From an uncultured virus (IMG/VR IMGVR_UViG_3300008117_000469) (Duplodnaviria > Heunggongvirae > Uroviricota > Caudoviricetes): DNA of 64,000 bases. Of the stretch, positions 8,385 to 19,412 are shown piece after piece (position 1 is the stretch's first letter; every line of letters begins with the position of its first letter). The position numbers were made by a program, and so were the translations under genes. The stretch lies in IMG/VR virus record IMGVR_UViG_3300008117_000469, one strand, 5' to 3'. The notes under the pieces are model-generated. The model saw only the letters and a list, made by a program, of their open reading frames with translations. It searched no databases and was not told where the DNA came from.

Positions 8385-9422
8385 TTATTTAAAACTGTTT
8401 AATACTTTAAAAGTGTCGTTAACCCAAAACTCAACGTTTTTGATTAGATGGCCCAAACCATCATCGTGGTAAAATCGTAAAAATGCTTCGGTATTCAAAA
8501 CTAGAGTATCATCTTCTGCAAATGCTTCTAAAAATTCTTTATCGTTATCATCTAATAAAGGTTTTTTTAGATTCATAATTTTGTAGTTTTGTTCTAATCT
8601 ATCGCGTTCAAAAGCGATGCGAGAATAAATAACATGTTCCTTATATTTTTGTTCTGCAATAGAGAAAATGTCATCTAAACTTAGTATATCGGTAGATAAC
8701 TCAGGAAATTTTTTAAATAACCCTTTAGCTCCTAAACCTTTTACACCTGCTACTTTATCGGAATTATCTCCAAGTAGCATTTTGTATAAAATAAAATTAT
8801 CGGCTAATACACCGAATTTTTCTTTAACGGTGTCTTTGGTGTAATATTCCTTTTCGATTGGTCTATACACTATAACATCGTCATTAACCAATTGTATAAA
8901 GTCTTTATCCGATGAAACTATAAAACATTTAGACCCATATTTTTCAGGTAAATGTTGACTATAGTATGCAATAATATCATCGGCTTCTGCTTTATCAATA
9001 GCTACTGTTTTAACAGGTAGGCATTTTAAGTAATGTGCAATTCGAACTATTTGATTAATCTTAGCATCATCCTCATCTTCTAGGTCTTCAAATACTTCCC
9101 AGTTTGTAATTCGGTGTTGGTTACGACCTGATTTGTATTCAGGGAGTAGGTTCTTCCTATTTGTGGAAGAACCCATCCCGTCGAATACTACAAACACTGA
9201 TGTGGGTTGAATTTGATTAATTAATGAACCTAAAGAACGAATGAATCCACCTAAGCCCCCTACGTGTACTCCCTGAGGATTTACAATATTCATCATGGCA
9301 AAATTTCTAAAAAACAAATTTAAACCATCAATTAAGAGTACTCTATCGTATCGATTTGCTGAGACTGTCTCCTGTTCCTCAACTAAATTGTCAAGGAGCT
9401 TAAGTAATTCTTTTCTTTTCAT
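8385..9422 (-). CDS. 5'-3' exonuclease / flap endonuclease (Pol I N-terminal domain / T4 RNase H-like)
   Basis: LLIDGLN, VFDG, YKSGR, EADDIIA, SSDKD and GDNSD..GVKGLG (HhH); ATG start MKRKEL at 9422. Confidence 0.93.
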   Translation of the reverse strand: MKRKELLKLLDNLVEEQETVSANRYDRVLLIDGLNLFFRNFAMMNIVNPQGVHVGGLGGFIRSLGSLINQIQPTSVFVVFDGMGSSTNRKNLLPEYKSGRNQHRITNWEVFEDLEDEDDAKINQIVRIAHYLKCLPVKTVAIDKAEADDIIAYYSQHLPEKYGSKCFIVSSDKDFIQLVNDDVIVYRPIEKEYYTKDTVKEKFGVLADNFILYKMLLGDNSDKVAGVKGLGAKGLFKKFPELSTDILSLDDIFSIAEQKYKEHVIYSRIAFERDRLEQNYKIMNLKKPLLDDNDKEFLEAFAEDDTLVLNTEAFLRFYHDDGLGHLIKNVEFWVNDTFKVLNSFK

Positions 9423-9423
9423 A

Positions 9424-10506
9424 TTAATCTGGTTCTTGTGTAAAGATATTTTCTGGTTCAAATTGATCTTGTTCCTCAAAAATATCGAAATCCATACCTC
9501 CAAGGACTTTCATCCACTCAGATGCGTGTGCATCTTTGTATGCTTTAAGTTCCTTATCAGTATCGTTAATGAATCCGTGTGGAGTCATAATAATTTTTCC
9601 TCTTGATTGAACACCATTAATGTGGTTCTTATCAATTTGGATGTTTGTACGTTTAGCAAATTCAACTTGCTTACCATCTTTAATCGCTTTGATTTTAGAT
9701 GTACCAGCATTTGAAATGTTACCAAATGTTACCACGAATGTAGCATCAAACCACATTGCAAATCCACCTTTGTTCATCAACTTTGGTTGGCCCATAGGTA
9801 CTTCTGCTTTTGCAGTCCATACTTTATTAACACATACTAATGTATTAGTGTATGGTGATGATTCTTTACGTGATAATGTAATTTTTTGGTTTACATTGTT
9901 ACCGAATTGAGTTGACATTGCACCAGCATTCCATTCGTTGTTGTTTTTATTTGATTTAACAGACAATTCACAAGGAACTGATCCAATTGAATCCCATAGG
10001 AACAATAGATCGTAAGGTAAATTACCTTTTTTCTGTTCATCCAATAAATCCAAAACAAATGCTGCTACGTCTTCAATAGTGTGTAGTGTTTCACGGTCAA
10101 CATAAATGAAGTTACCTTCGTAATTCAAAATTTCACCTGTTGATTCATCTACAATCTCATTAACATGAAGACCCATTTGAACAGCATGTTCCCAATTCCA
10201 TTTCATCTCAGTTACAATAAACACAGGTAAAACGCCCATTTTCTGAGCTGAAACCGCTGCTTCAATCATAGCGGTTGTTTTACCTGTATCACTGTGTCCG
10301 CGAAGAAGTACAATGTGGCCCATTGGAATTCCTGGTACTGAAGTTACATCTTGAAATGCAGTACTTAGAGGAATCCATCGTTGCTCTTTAAATTTTACAT
10401 TTGAATTGAGCATTTTCTTTTCCTTAAACTTAGTCAAATCAAATTTTGACTTGAGTTCAGAGGATAGAGCAGCCGTTAGCGATTCGCTTTTTTTACTTCT
10501 TGCCAT
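9424..10506 (-). CDS. uvsX: RecA/UvsX-like recombinase
   Basis: Walker A GHSDTGKT, Walker B LFLWDS, KGG motif, DKNH; lies next to SSB. Confidence 0.85.
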   Translation of the reverse strand: MARSKKSESLTAALSSELKSKFDLTKFKEKKMLNSNVKFKEQRWIPLSTAFQDVTSVPGIPMGHIVLLRGHSDTGKTTAMIEAAVSAQKMGVLPVFIVTEMKWNWEHAVQMGLHVNEIVDESTGEILNYEGNFIYVDRETLHTIEDVAAFVLDLLDEQKKGNLPYDLLFLWDSIGSVPCELSVKSNKNNNEWNAGAMSTQFGNNVNQKITLSRKESSPYTNTLVCVNKVWTAKAEVPMGQPKLMNKGGFAMWFDATFVVTFGNISNAGTSKIKAIKDGKQVEFAKRTNIQIDKNHINGVQSRGKIIMTPHGFINDTDKELKAYKDAHASEWMKVLGGMDFDIFEEQDQFEPENIFTQEPD

Positions 10507-10517
10507 GTACGTTTAAA

Positions 10518-11348
10518 TTAAAATGGTAAATCGTCGTCTTCTTCTTCAAACAAAGCATCAAATTTGTCTGCTTTACTTACCTGCTCTTTAACAGGGGTTT
10601 TGATAGAATACGTTTTAGAAGGTTTTTCAATAACTTCTTCTTCTTTTTCATCATCGATGATAGCACCTTCTTCATACTCATCTTCAGGAGTCAACCATTC
10701 TTGAAGTGCTTGCTTCATTTCATCATATGAGTATTTCTTAAATACTTCCATAGGATTTGGTTGATTCTCAAGCAATGAAGTAATTGCTGCTTTATCATCA
10801 GCCAACAAAGTTTCTTTAACTTTAGGCATGATGGTTGTTTTGTTGTAGTTTGTACCTGTCACTTCAGGACCTACAGTAGTCAATGTAATATCACGACCAC
10901 TCATTACGTCAGTAAAATCACCAACATCTTCGTTGTCAGCAAGATTCAAGAAGTCCATGTACAATTCCTTTCCAAACTGCCACAACTTAACACCTTCTGC
11001 TTCTTCACCACGTACAATAACGGGAACAAAGATACGCATTTTAGGATCAAGTTTTTTAGCCAAACGCCAGTTTTCCTTATCGCTAGTAGTACGCAATTGT
11101 TTTGCAAACTCTACGATTGGATCTTTCTCACCCCAATTAATTGGAGATACCATAGTATTTTTACCAATACCATAGTGGAAATACATTTCGGTGAATGGGT
11201 TTTTCTTGTTGTACTTGGAAGGTACTACACGGATTACTTGTTTACCAACTGAGGGTTTCCAAAAGACAGATTTTTTTTCTCCGCCGCCTTTACCGGATTG
11301 TTTTGACTGCATTGCTGACAGTCGGTTTCTCATTTCATTTAAATCCAT
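10518..11348 (-). CDS. single-stranded DNA-binding protein (T4 gp32-like)
   Basis: FWKP...IRVVP, LWQFGK, GRDITL and acidic DDDLPF C-terminus. Confidence 0.85.
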   Translation of the reverse strand: MDLNEMRNRLSAMQSKQSGKGGGEKKSVFWKPSVGKQVIRVVPSKYNKKNPFTEMYFHYGIGKNTMVSPINWGEKDPIVEFAKQLRTTSDKENWRLAKKLDPKMRIFVPVIVRGEEAEGVKLWQFGKELYMDFLNLADNEDVGDFTDVMSGRDITLTTVGPEVTGTNYNKTTIMPKVKETLLADDKAAITSLLENQPNPMEVFKKYSYDEMKQALQEWLTPEDEYEEGAIIDDEKEEEVIEKPSKTYSIKTPVKEQVSKADKFDALFEEEDDDLPF

Positions 11349-11373
11349 AACTAATCAAATTTTGTTTGTGACA

Positions 11374-11405
11374 TTAATATAATAACCATTTACTAAATTA
11401 CCAAA
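11374..11405 (-). promoter_or_regulatory. Bacteroidota-type promoter (TTTG-N20-TATATTAA) upstream of SSB
   Basis: Two-box motif with a 20-nt spacer, in the intergenic gap. Confidence 0.7.
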
Positions 11406-11864
11406 CTAAAGTTCGACAATTTTGTAAACTTTTGTATTAAGCTGCTTTAAGTCCCCACCTTGGGTCAATAGAATACAATTTTGATAGTGTTGCCAGTTTA
11501 CTCTGAAGCTGGTATCAACTACTCCACCATTTAATTTTTTAATTAAATCGTTTAGGGCATTAATTGTATAAAGAGTATTAGTCTCTTTTTTTCGGTGTAC
11601 TAGAATTGTATTTAGAGGAATGTTGTTTACGTTAGCTTGTTCAACATTGTATGTTATAACGTATTCACCCGTACTTTTAACATATAAGACAAACATCTTA
11701 TTGTACATTATAGAGTATGCCTTAGCAATACTGCTTACCATGTCGTCAAGCACATCCTCACTAACAAACGTACAAAATAACTTGTTATTCAAATCTTTGG
11801 TATTTAGTTGGGTTTTCTCCCAATAAATATCATAATAATCATTCAAAATCGTAACTGGTTCCAT
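11406..11864 (-). CDS. hypothetical protein, overlapping the polymerase gene
   Basis: ORF track; 26-nt overlap with the 3' end of the PolA-like gene. Confidence 0.75.
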   Translation of the reverse strand: MEPVTILNDYYDIYWEKTQLNTKDLNNKLFCTFVSEDVLDDMVSSIAKAYSIMYNKMFVLYVKSTGEYVITYNVEQANVNNIPLNTILVHRKKETNTLYTINALNDLIKKLNGGVVDTSFRVNWQHYQNCILLTQGGDLKQLNTKVYKIVEL

Positions 11865-13122
11865 TTTTAACCTTTATTTGTAATTTTTTCTTTTTGAAAA
11901 TATTTTCTATATCATTTTTTAAATCTTCACTCGCATCGTAGTCAAACAGAAAACTATCATACGTATATAATACTAACTTAGTCTTCTTGCCTTTCAATAG
12001 CTTATGTATCTCTATCAAGATACAAACATTCGTTGCTGTTTCCAAGTTTTGTAAAACGTAATTAAACAGTTTTTGTGGATTCATATTATCCAACTCGCTC
12101 TTTTTAAAGACATAATTTGAACCCGGAACCACAATTTGTCCCGAATTATTAAATTCATCCCAGTTGGTATCAATAAATTTCTTTATTTGTTGAAAAAATT
12201 CAAGGTGCTCATACTCTTTAAATACGCCTCCGTATAGTTGCTTAAACGTAAGTTCTTTTGCTTCTTTGTACGACGTACCATATAAGTCGGCGAACGCTTG
12301 ATGGACATCTCCACCGCCAAAATCAAAGGCAACCAAACGAGCAGCAAGATGAGGATGGTATGCGCTAATATCGAACTCCAAAAATTCATCATTTTGTGGT
12401 ATAAAGCTCTTTCTAGCGCCTGTTTCCTTATTTAGTGCGGCAAAATTAACGCCATTAAAAGAGTTACTTGGTCTACGTGTAGTTGTAAATAAGTTATAAC
12501 TTGTGAATACTTTACTGTCGCCAACTGAATAGATTGGGTTGCTTGGCTTAAAGTGTTGATTAAAAACTGTTTCATCTATGTTTATTCCATTTTTTTCGAT
12601 TCCAAAGAATGCGAGTGTTGTATAATTGTTGTAAAAATCAAAATACGAGGGTAACTCCTTTGTAAAATGAGGTTTTACTTTATTATAAATATTCTCACAA
12701 TACTCATAATGCTTAACTACCGGTACAATTTTATTGACTTCTTTGTAATCCGGATACTTGTGGTAAAAATAATTGTGAGTTGGTGTTGGATCTTGTATAT
12801 ACGGAGGAGTGAGTATGTTTATATCGCGCAAGCTCTTAATTTGAAAGTAATATAGTGCATTCTTCTTATCGCGCACCCATAGACACTCTATTTGCGTTAA
12901 TAACGCGTTTACATCCGTTTTACTTACATTTAACGTTTCGCTATGATCAATACATATCATATACCCCTTTCGTTCATTAGACGGTCTTAGATACACTAAG
13001 GACACATCATTAAGTGCAGGATGTATATTATTATTAAACGGAACGACTTCCAGAAATGCTTCGGAGATATTCCTCTGCGCTAGATAATTGAGTTGTTCTT
13101 GAGTTTCTATCAGCCAAAACAT
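11839..13122 (-). CDS. compact, divergent family A DNA polymerase-like protein (~427 aa)
   Basis: IEKNGINID, TTTRRPS, motif A FDISAYHP, motif B AKELTFKQLYG, NYVLQ and motif C YTYDSFLFD; ATG start MFWLIE at 13122. Confidence 0.8.
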   Translation of the reverse strand: MFWLIETQEQLNYLAQRNISEAFLEVVPFNNNIHPALNDVSLVYLRPSNERKGYMICIDHSETLNVSKTDVNALLTQIECLWVRDKKNALYYFQIKSLRDINILTPPYIQDPTPTHNYFYHKYPDYKEVNKIVPVVKHYEYCENIYNKVKPHFTKELPSYFDFYNNYTTLAFFGIEKNGINIDETVFNQHFKPSNPIYSVGDSKVFTSYNLFTTTRRPSNSFNGVNFAALNKETGARKSFIPQNDEFLEFDISAYHPHLAARLVAFDFGGGDVHQAFADLYGTSYKEAKELTFKQLYGGVFKEYEHLEFFQQIKKFIDTNWDEFNNSGQIVVPGSNYVFKKSELDNMNPQKLFNYVLQNLETATNVCILIEIHKLLKGKKTKLVLYTYDSFLFDYDASEDLKNDIENIFKKKKLQIKVKNGTSYDFE

Positions 13123-13729
13123 TTGAAGTCGTATTATTTGAGTTATAATATTTAAGATAATCAAATTTTAGGTAATCTCCAAATCTAGGTAATTTTTGTC
13201 TAAAAACTGCTAGTTCAACTATATTTCTATTTACTTTTTCTACTTGTTCTTTATTTCCAGTTAATATCCAAGATATAGTAAAAGGTTGATACAATGAATA
13301 TAATATTTGAGGATCTTTAGATTTTAATTTACTAAATTGGTCTAAATTTATTTCAACATATTGTACTTCATTTGTTTTTTTACAAAAATATCTTTGAAAT
13401 TCTCCGTTTTGGTAATCTTGAGTTGTTGGTAATACTGGGGAATAATAAGGGATTAGAACTGGTGGGTTTGATGAGTTAGAATTAGTTAAATAGTCGTAAA
13501 TTGGGTCTATTATAATTTGAGAAGATATTTGTGGGTTTTCCGGATAATCTTGAGCCGCAATGAATAATAATTCTTCATTAGGTCTATCATCAGGAGTTTT
13601 TCCAGTATAGTATTTTCCAGTAGATACTTTAAAGTAGTATCCAATATAAGGAAGTTTGCTTACTGCGTAAACATATTCTCCCCCATTAGTGTATTGGTTG
13701 GTTGTTATTTGAGATTTTGGAAAATACAT
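13034..13729 (-). CDS. hypothetical protein, probably baseplate/tail-associated
   Basis: ORF track; last gene of the tail/baseplate block. Confidence 0.65.
   Translation of the reverse strand: MYFPKSQITTNQYTNGGEYVYAVSKLPYIGYYFKVSTGKYYTGKTPDDRPNEELLFIAAQDYPENPQISSQIIIDPIYDYLTNSNSSNPPVLIPYYSPVLPTTQDYQNGEFQRYFCKKTNEVQYVEINLDQFSKLKSKDPQILYSLYQPFTISWILTGNKEQVEKVNRNIVELAVFRQKLPRFGDYLKFDYLKYYNSNNTTSNVLADRNSRTTQLSSAEEYLRSISGSRSV
13152..13183 (-). promoter_or_regulatory. Bacteroidota-type promoter (TTTG-N20-TATCTTAA) for the polymerase gene
   Basis: Two-box motif with a 20-nt spacer, ~30 nt upstream of the PolA ATG and inside the preceding ORF. Confidence 0.55.
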
Positions 13730-13740
13730 AATTAATTATT

Positions 13741-16585
13741 TTAACCTAATTTTTCAGGAAGACTATAAACAAATGCTCTTGCTTTTCTAAGTCCTTCTTG
13801 GAATATAGCTCCGCTTGTTGAAGTTCCCCATCCAGCATTAGCTCTCATAAAATTAAATACTGCTTTATCTAAATCATCAGTTGGTGCTTTTGGAAAGAAA
13901 TTAGATTTATTTCTTTTAAAGAAAAGAGGTTAATTGGTTAAAACCTCTACCTCTATATTTGTAACCTTCATTTTTAGCATTACCATATCTACCTCCGTAA
14001 ATAGTATCAAAGAATTTTTGAGGATCTTTCTTAATTACATCAATTTCAGCATCTGTTTTATTTTTAAACTTGCTTGGGAAAACTTGTCTAATTCTAGATG
14101 CTTTTGTATTAGCATATGAAATTTCATTTCTTGGAACAAAGGCTGATTCTTTAGAAACAATACCTAAAATAGCTCTAGCTTCTATATCTGTAAAGCCGTA
14201 TTGACGAAGAGTTTTATAAAGATAATTGGCACTATCTTTTTGGCCTTGAGATAAACTATCCCATGTTTTAGATCCTTTAACAACTGGGGCTGTACCTCTA
14301 ACAACATCTCTACTATCTCCAGAAGCAGGTGCAGAAGCTTGACCAACAGTACCTTGTCCAGTTTTAGAACCAAATGCACTTTTGGGAATAGCAATAGATT
14401 CTAAAACCGTAATCCATTCATTATTTTCAATTTTATTAGTTACACCTTTAACTAAAAATTCTAAAGATGTAGGATAATTTGAAGGTAAATAAGTAGAATC
14501 AATTGTATATTTTTGATAAACTTTCATTCCTGAAAGTCCATCCATAGTTAAAGATAAATCAAATGGAAGGAAACCTCCATTTGGTGAAGCAGCATTTGGA
14601 TTAGTATCTTTTTTTTCTTCAGTTTGTTTAGCTTGATCATATTCAAATAATGAAGATGCTGCATTACTGAATGCTGTAATGGCTTCAGGGTTCCATTTTG
14701 GAGTAGCTTCATTTAATGAACCTAATTCAGAAACAAATGTATTAAAAGCTGTTAATTGTTCTTGATAACTTTCTTCTAAAGAAGCACTTCCTTTAGTTTG
14801 ATTATTTTGAGTTGCTTCTAAATCTAGTTTTTTCTTAAATCTATCAGTTAAACCAGCATTCATTGCTGATAAAGCTGTTGAATCTTCTCCAGGAACATAT
14901 CCATTTGCTGTTGCTCCAATAGTAATCATTGATGCTAAATTAGGAGATACAGTTGTTGTAAAGCTTATATCTCTAATAAAACCTGCAGATGAAGTTCCAT
15001 TAGTATTATAATAATAACCATAAACATCAAAAAATGCTAATTCAGTAGATTTATTTTGTTGTTTTAAAATATCATCTCTATCAGGACAAATTACTTCATC
15101 AGTAAATACAATAGTATTTCGTTCACTATCAACTGTAGGTTCTAATTTACTAAAATTACCAGTTGCACTATTCCATCCTTGACATAAACTATTTAATAAA
15201 TCATATAAAGGTACTTTACCATCTTCATTTTTTAAAGAATCCATTTGGGTAAGAATATAAACCATATTAAAATATGAATTCATTATCTTACCATATTTGT
15301 TTTCACCTATATTAGTAAAAAAGGTTTCCCCTGTACTTGCAAAAGTAACTGTACCTTCGGAAACATCTATTGTGGTATTAAATATACACACCCCAGGATC
15401 AGTACTAATTTGTCTTGATAACATATAGATTAAATTAGTTTCAGGGTCTGTGTCTATTGATAATAGTTTTACTTCAGGATTATCAACAAATGGTATAAGA
15501 CGTTTTTCTATAAATTTTAAAAAACGACCTAATCTAATATAGTATTGAGTACCACCTTCGTCTTCATATTTTTGTTTTAAAAATCCTATTGTACCATCAG
15601 CACTTGTTAAATAAGATAATCCACTAGAATCTACTCCTAATGGAGCCATTCTTTGTTGCATCTCATAGAAAAATTTTCCTATTTCATGAGTATTAGCAAA
15701 ATCTTTAATAACATCTTCAGGGGTAGGTTCTGGAGGGGTTTCTGTTGTTTCTTCAGGTGTTTGGGTTTCACCTTCAGCACTTCCACTTGATACAGTATCT
15801 AAAGCTGCTCCTGGGAGAAGGGTATTAGTTTTAAGGGATTCAATAACATCACCCATACTTCTTAAGGTAAGAGTAATATCATAAGTACCATCTTTTAAAA
15901 ATGACCATTGAAAATTAACTACTTTACCTACAATAGCATCATAATTTCCAAAAGTAGCTAATCTTTTACTTTCTATAGTATCAAAAGCATTTTTATAATT
16001 TAAAGCTCCTGTTAAAAAATTATCTGCCAAACTAGTATAATCTGCTACATATCTACCGTCATTAGTAAAATAAGAAGTATTACCCCATTCTAACAACATT
16101 GTAAAACCTAAACGCATATAAAGAATATCAATAATATCAAATTGATTTCTATTATTTGCTTTAATTCTAACAGTAGCTGTTTTAAGAGAACCTCTAGTTT
16201 CAGTTTGTATTTCGGCTGAGGTAACACCTGGCATAGCATTTAAACCAAAATTAGTTCCTCCTATACCATAAGCATAATTGTTAGGATCTCCTACACCCGG
16301 CCATACACCTCCTCTTTGATAAGTTTCTTGAGCTCCTCTTGTTGGGGATTCATTTGTAGTACCATTAAATAATACAAATCTAGAAGCTAATTCTGCTCCT
16401 GTATAAGGTACTACTCTAACAGGTGAATTTACATTAACTGATGATACCAATTTAACCCATCCAGTTCTAGCATTTAAATATGTTAATTGTTCATTAGTTC
16501 TATTAGAAGAACCATAAACTAATTGTCTTCGTTTTATTTGACCAACTATCGTTTGTGGAAAACCTTCGCCTACTATATTTGCCAT
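13741..16585 (-). CDS. baseplate hub / tail lysin with C-terminal GH19/lysozyme-like domain (frame break near 13925)
   Basis: 889-aa ORF ending in AILG..SKES and GYKYRGRGFNQLT; another frame continues FFKRNKSN...PEKLG* to 13741. Confidence 0.7.
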
Positions 16586-16587
16586 AA

Positions 16588-16887
16588 TTAAGCATTTATT
16601 ACATTAAAATCACTAACAATATTTGCATATGTAGCAGGAATTCTAATTTGGATTCCTTCAGGGATTACTAATGTACTTTGATTTAATTTATCTGTGTTTG
16701 CTATTGATATAACCCACCATAAAGAGCTATTTTTATAAAATTGTTGTGCTAAAATATCAAATCTATCTCCTTGAGTTGTATAAACGTAAATATCATTTTC
16801 AGATAAAGGAACCTCAGGATATCTAGAAGTTTGATACGCTAATTTTCCTTCAATTTTTGTTTTAGGTATGTTTTGATATCTATTCAT
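16588..16887 (-). CDS. LysM-like baseplate protein (gp53/tail X-like)
   Basis: GDRFDILAQQFY....WWVISIAN...G.QIRIP LysM-like pattern. Confidence 0.85.
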   Translation of the reverse strand: MNRYQNIPKTKIEGKLAYQTSRYPEVPLSENDIYVYTTQGDRFDILAQQFYKNSSLWWVISIANTDKLNQSTLVIPEGIQIRIPATYANIVSDFNVINA

Positions 16888-16888
16888 A

Positions 16889-19138
16889 TTAAGAACGACG
16901 AAGAGAATTTAATTTATTATAATTACTATTTTCTATAGTAGGTCCATTAGCTAAAGAAATAAATCTTTGATCACCATAAGTAATAGGGAATCCTTCACCA
17001 TCTTTACCAAAATCAAATTGTTGGGTTTTCGGTATAAATTTATGAATAGGAATAAAGTTAAATCCTGTAACTCTTACAATATGAGGTAATTCTTTTACTC
17101 TACCATCTTGACCTCCTTCAGAATTAATTCCTATTTCCCATGGAGTATCTTCAGCCATATCATAAGTTAAACTTGTTATAATGCCAGGAACTTCATAAAG
17201 ATAACCACCTACAGTAAGTTGAGCTAAATTACCTCTCATATAACCATTAGGACTATAGTCTGGGGTTAAGGTTGAAGCTAGGAAATTAAGTTTTTTATAC
17301 ATTGGGATAAGCTCTTGTTTTGACTGAGCTGCAACTGTCCAAGATAATGAAATTTGTCTAGTAAACCCACCGTAAGTAAAGAATTGTTCACCTCTTCCTA
17401 AGTAATTAAACCCAGTCCAATTCGCACTGTATGAATCGGACATATTTCCTAAAAATGCTCTAAAATGTAAAAATGTTTTAAAATTAGGAGCATCATTATC
17501 TATAATAGCTATTCTAAATTTAACTAAATCATTAGTTATATTTTGATTATCTACTTCAGCTGTTGTTACACCTGTACTTCTATATAAAGGAAGAGAATTA
17601 ATTTTATCTAATCCTAAAGGAGCATTACCTAAACCAGGAACATTAGTAAACCCACCACTACCATTGTATGCAGATTTAGGTCCGTCTCCAGTATCTACTA
17701 TAACACCTGCTGAATAACTGGAGTAATCTTTATTTGAACGTTGTCCCGGATCTCCTAGATTAACTCTTCTTTCAATATTAAATTCATTGTAGTTTGGAGC
17801 AAGTGGAGTAGCACCTGATGTTGTGGCTGCTTTTAATTGGGTATCTTGTAATTTAGATCTTAAAATTGCTCTAAAATCTTGAATTTTTGGGGAAGCAATA
17901 CTTCCTTGTCTATCAGGAGATGTATTAGGATCATCAGGACCTACAGATGTAGTTTTATAAGGGCTAATAATATCTCGCTGATCATATGTCCAAGTATTAT
18001 TAGCGTGAATTAAATCAGTATTATCGGGCCATGTATTTCCTGGGGTAGTATTAGGATCGTAAACATTAAAATAATTATATCCTATTCCTAATTGACCTTC
18101 AGCATTATATAATTCAGCAAATGTGCCTCCTACAAGACCAAAATATTTTCCGGATACACCGGTGTTATTTATAGGACCATTACTTCCTGAGGGTTGAGAA
18201 AAAGTAGATAAATATCTAGGAAAATCTTGACCATCACTAGTATAATTAATACCTTCTATAAAATTAGGAGTCCAAGTTAAAGGTCCATTAGGAATACTAA
18301 GTAAACTTGCACTTTGTGGGCTATTTATAGTAACACTTGGTAAATCATATAATTCACTTTTTATCCAAGGTTTATTTAAAGTAGAAACTTGTAAACCACC
18401 AACTTGTTTTTTATTTTCATCAACAGATCTTTGTTGATTTTTTCCATAGAAATAATCTGGGTTTGATACTTTTAAAGCATTTTGGTCTCCAGTTCTATAA
18501 ATAGGATCAACAAATCTGATGCCTGTTTTTCCTATACCTAAAGGCGAATCTGGGCCACCACCATAAGTTAAAACATTATTTCCTACGTTTAAACCAATTC
18601 CTGAGAAGTTAAAATTATTTATTGAAATATTATCAGTAACTGCTCTATATAATTCTGCTAAACGGTTTTGGTCGGTTGGTTGATATGATTTTACTCGAGT
18701 GCTATATAAATTAGGGTTATTGGAATAAGCCCCTGTTTGAGCAAAAGGATTAACTCCTTGTTTATTCAAATGACCACCAAAAGCAGATACACCAGCTTGA
18801 GCTAATGTGTTTAATGGTGAGTAAATGCCTTCATTTAAAATACCACTAGCTTGTGTGCGAACAGCTGTACGCGATAATAACTGTTGTTTTGCAATAAATA
18901 ATAAACCATTAGGTGATTTAGTGTCAATAAACATTTTACCTAAACGTTTAATATCCGTTAAGGAATCTGTTGCTGCATTTATACCACCTCGTAAGATAAA
19001 ATCTTCACGTGGACCTAAACTATTAAAACTTTCGGGAATTTCTGTTTGAATATAAGGTTGTCCACTATACCCTCCTCCAAGAGTATCCTTCCCATATTTA
19101 AGGGACTTAAGATCTGTCTTTAAGTTTATTAAAGGCAT
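16889..19138 (-). CDS. baseplate / tail-tube initiator protein
   Basis: C-terminal FRAFL..SDSYSANW....YLGRGE....Y.GF.R.ISLSW...LTVG...GIITSL tube-like domain; located between tape measure and LysM genes. Confidence 0.65.
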   Translation of the reverse strand: MPLINLKTDLKSLKYGKDTLGGGYSGQPYIQTEIPESFNSLGPREDFILRGGINAATDSLTDIKRLGKMFIDTKSPNGLLFIAKQQLLSRTAVRTQASGILNEGIYSPLNTLAQAGVSAFGGHLNKQGVNPFAQTGAYSNNPNLYSTRVKSYQPTDQNRLAELYRAVTDNISINNFNFSGIGLNVGNNVLTYGGGPDSPLGIGKTGIRFVDPIYRTGDQNALKVSNPDYFYGKNQQRSVDENKKQVGGLQVSTLNKPWIKSELYDLPSVTINSPQSASLLSIPNGPLTWTPNFIEGINYTSDGQDFPRYLSTFSQPSGSNGPINNTGVSGKYFGLVGGTFAELYNAEGQLGIGYNYFNVYDPNTTPGNTWPDNTDLIHANNTWTYDQRDIISPYKTTSVGPDDPNTSPDRQGSIASPKIQDFRAILRSKLQDTQLKAATTSGATPLAPNYNEFNIERRVNLGDPGQRSNKDYSSYSAGVIVDTGDGPKSAYNGSGGFTNVPGLGNAPLGLDKINSLPLYRSTGVTTAEVDNQNITNDLVKFRIAIIDNDAPNFKTFLHFRAFLGNMSDSYSANWTGFNYLGRGEQFFTYGGFTRQISLSWTVAAQSKQELIPMYKKLNFLASTLTPDYSPNGYMRGNLAQLTVGGYLYEVPGIITSLTYDMAEDTPWEIGINSEGGQDGRVKELPHIVRVTGFNFIPIHKFIPKTQQFDFGKDGEGFPITYGDQRFISLANGPTIENSNYNKLNSLRRS

Positions 19139-19386
19139 TATCTTGGTAGATTATCCAAATATTTCTCAGGAGTAACTCCGTTTAAATCTAATTGGGATTT
19201 TTCTAAACCTGCTATCTGAACTGTTTGTTTATCGTATTGTAAAGGTTTTTTACCATCTAAATCTAATTGAGAAGTAGCTAAACCTTTTTCATATTGACTA
19301 GTACCATCAAATGATGGAGGAGTTTTACCATCTAAACTAGTTAAAACAGATCCTTGTGATTTAAGTAAATTTAATAAGTTTGACAT
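19138..19386 (-). CDS. small protein with ~23-aa internal repeats (SQLDLDGK.P)
   Basis: Three repeats: SLDGKTP, SQLDLDGKKP, SQLDLNGVTP; late motif upstream. Confidence 0.7.
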   Translation of the reverse strand: MSNLLNLLKSQGSVLTSLDGKTPPSFDGTSQYEKGLATSQLDLDGKKPLQYDKQTVQIAGLEKSQLDLNGVTPEKYLDNLPR

Positions 19387-19412
19387 ATCGTGTTTTATTT
19401 ATAAATATTAAA

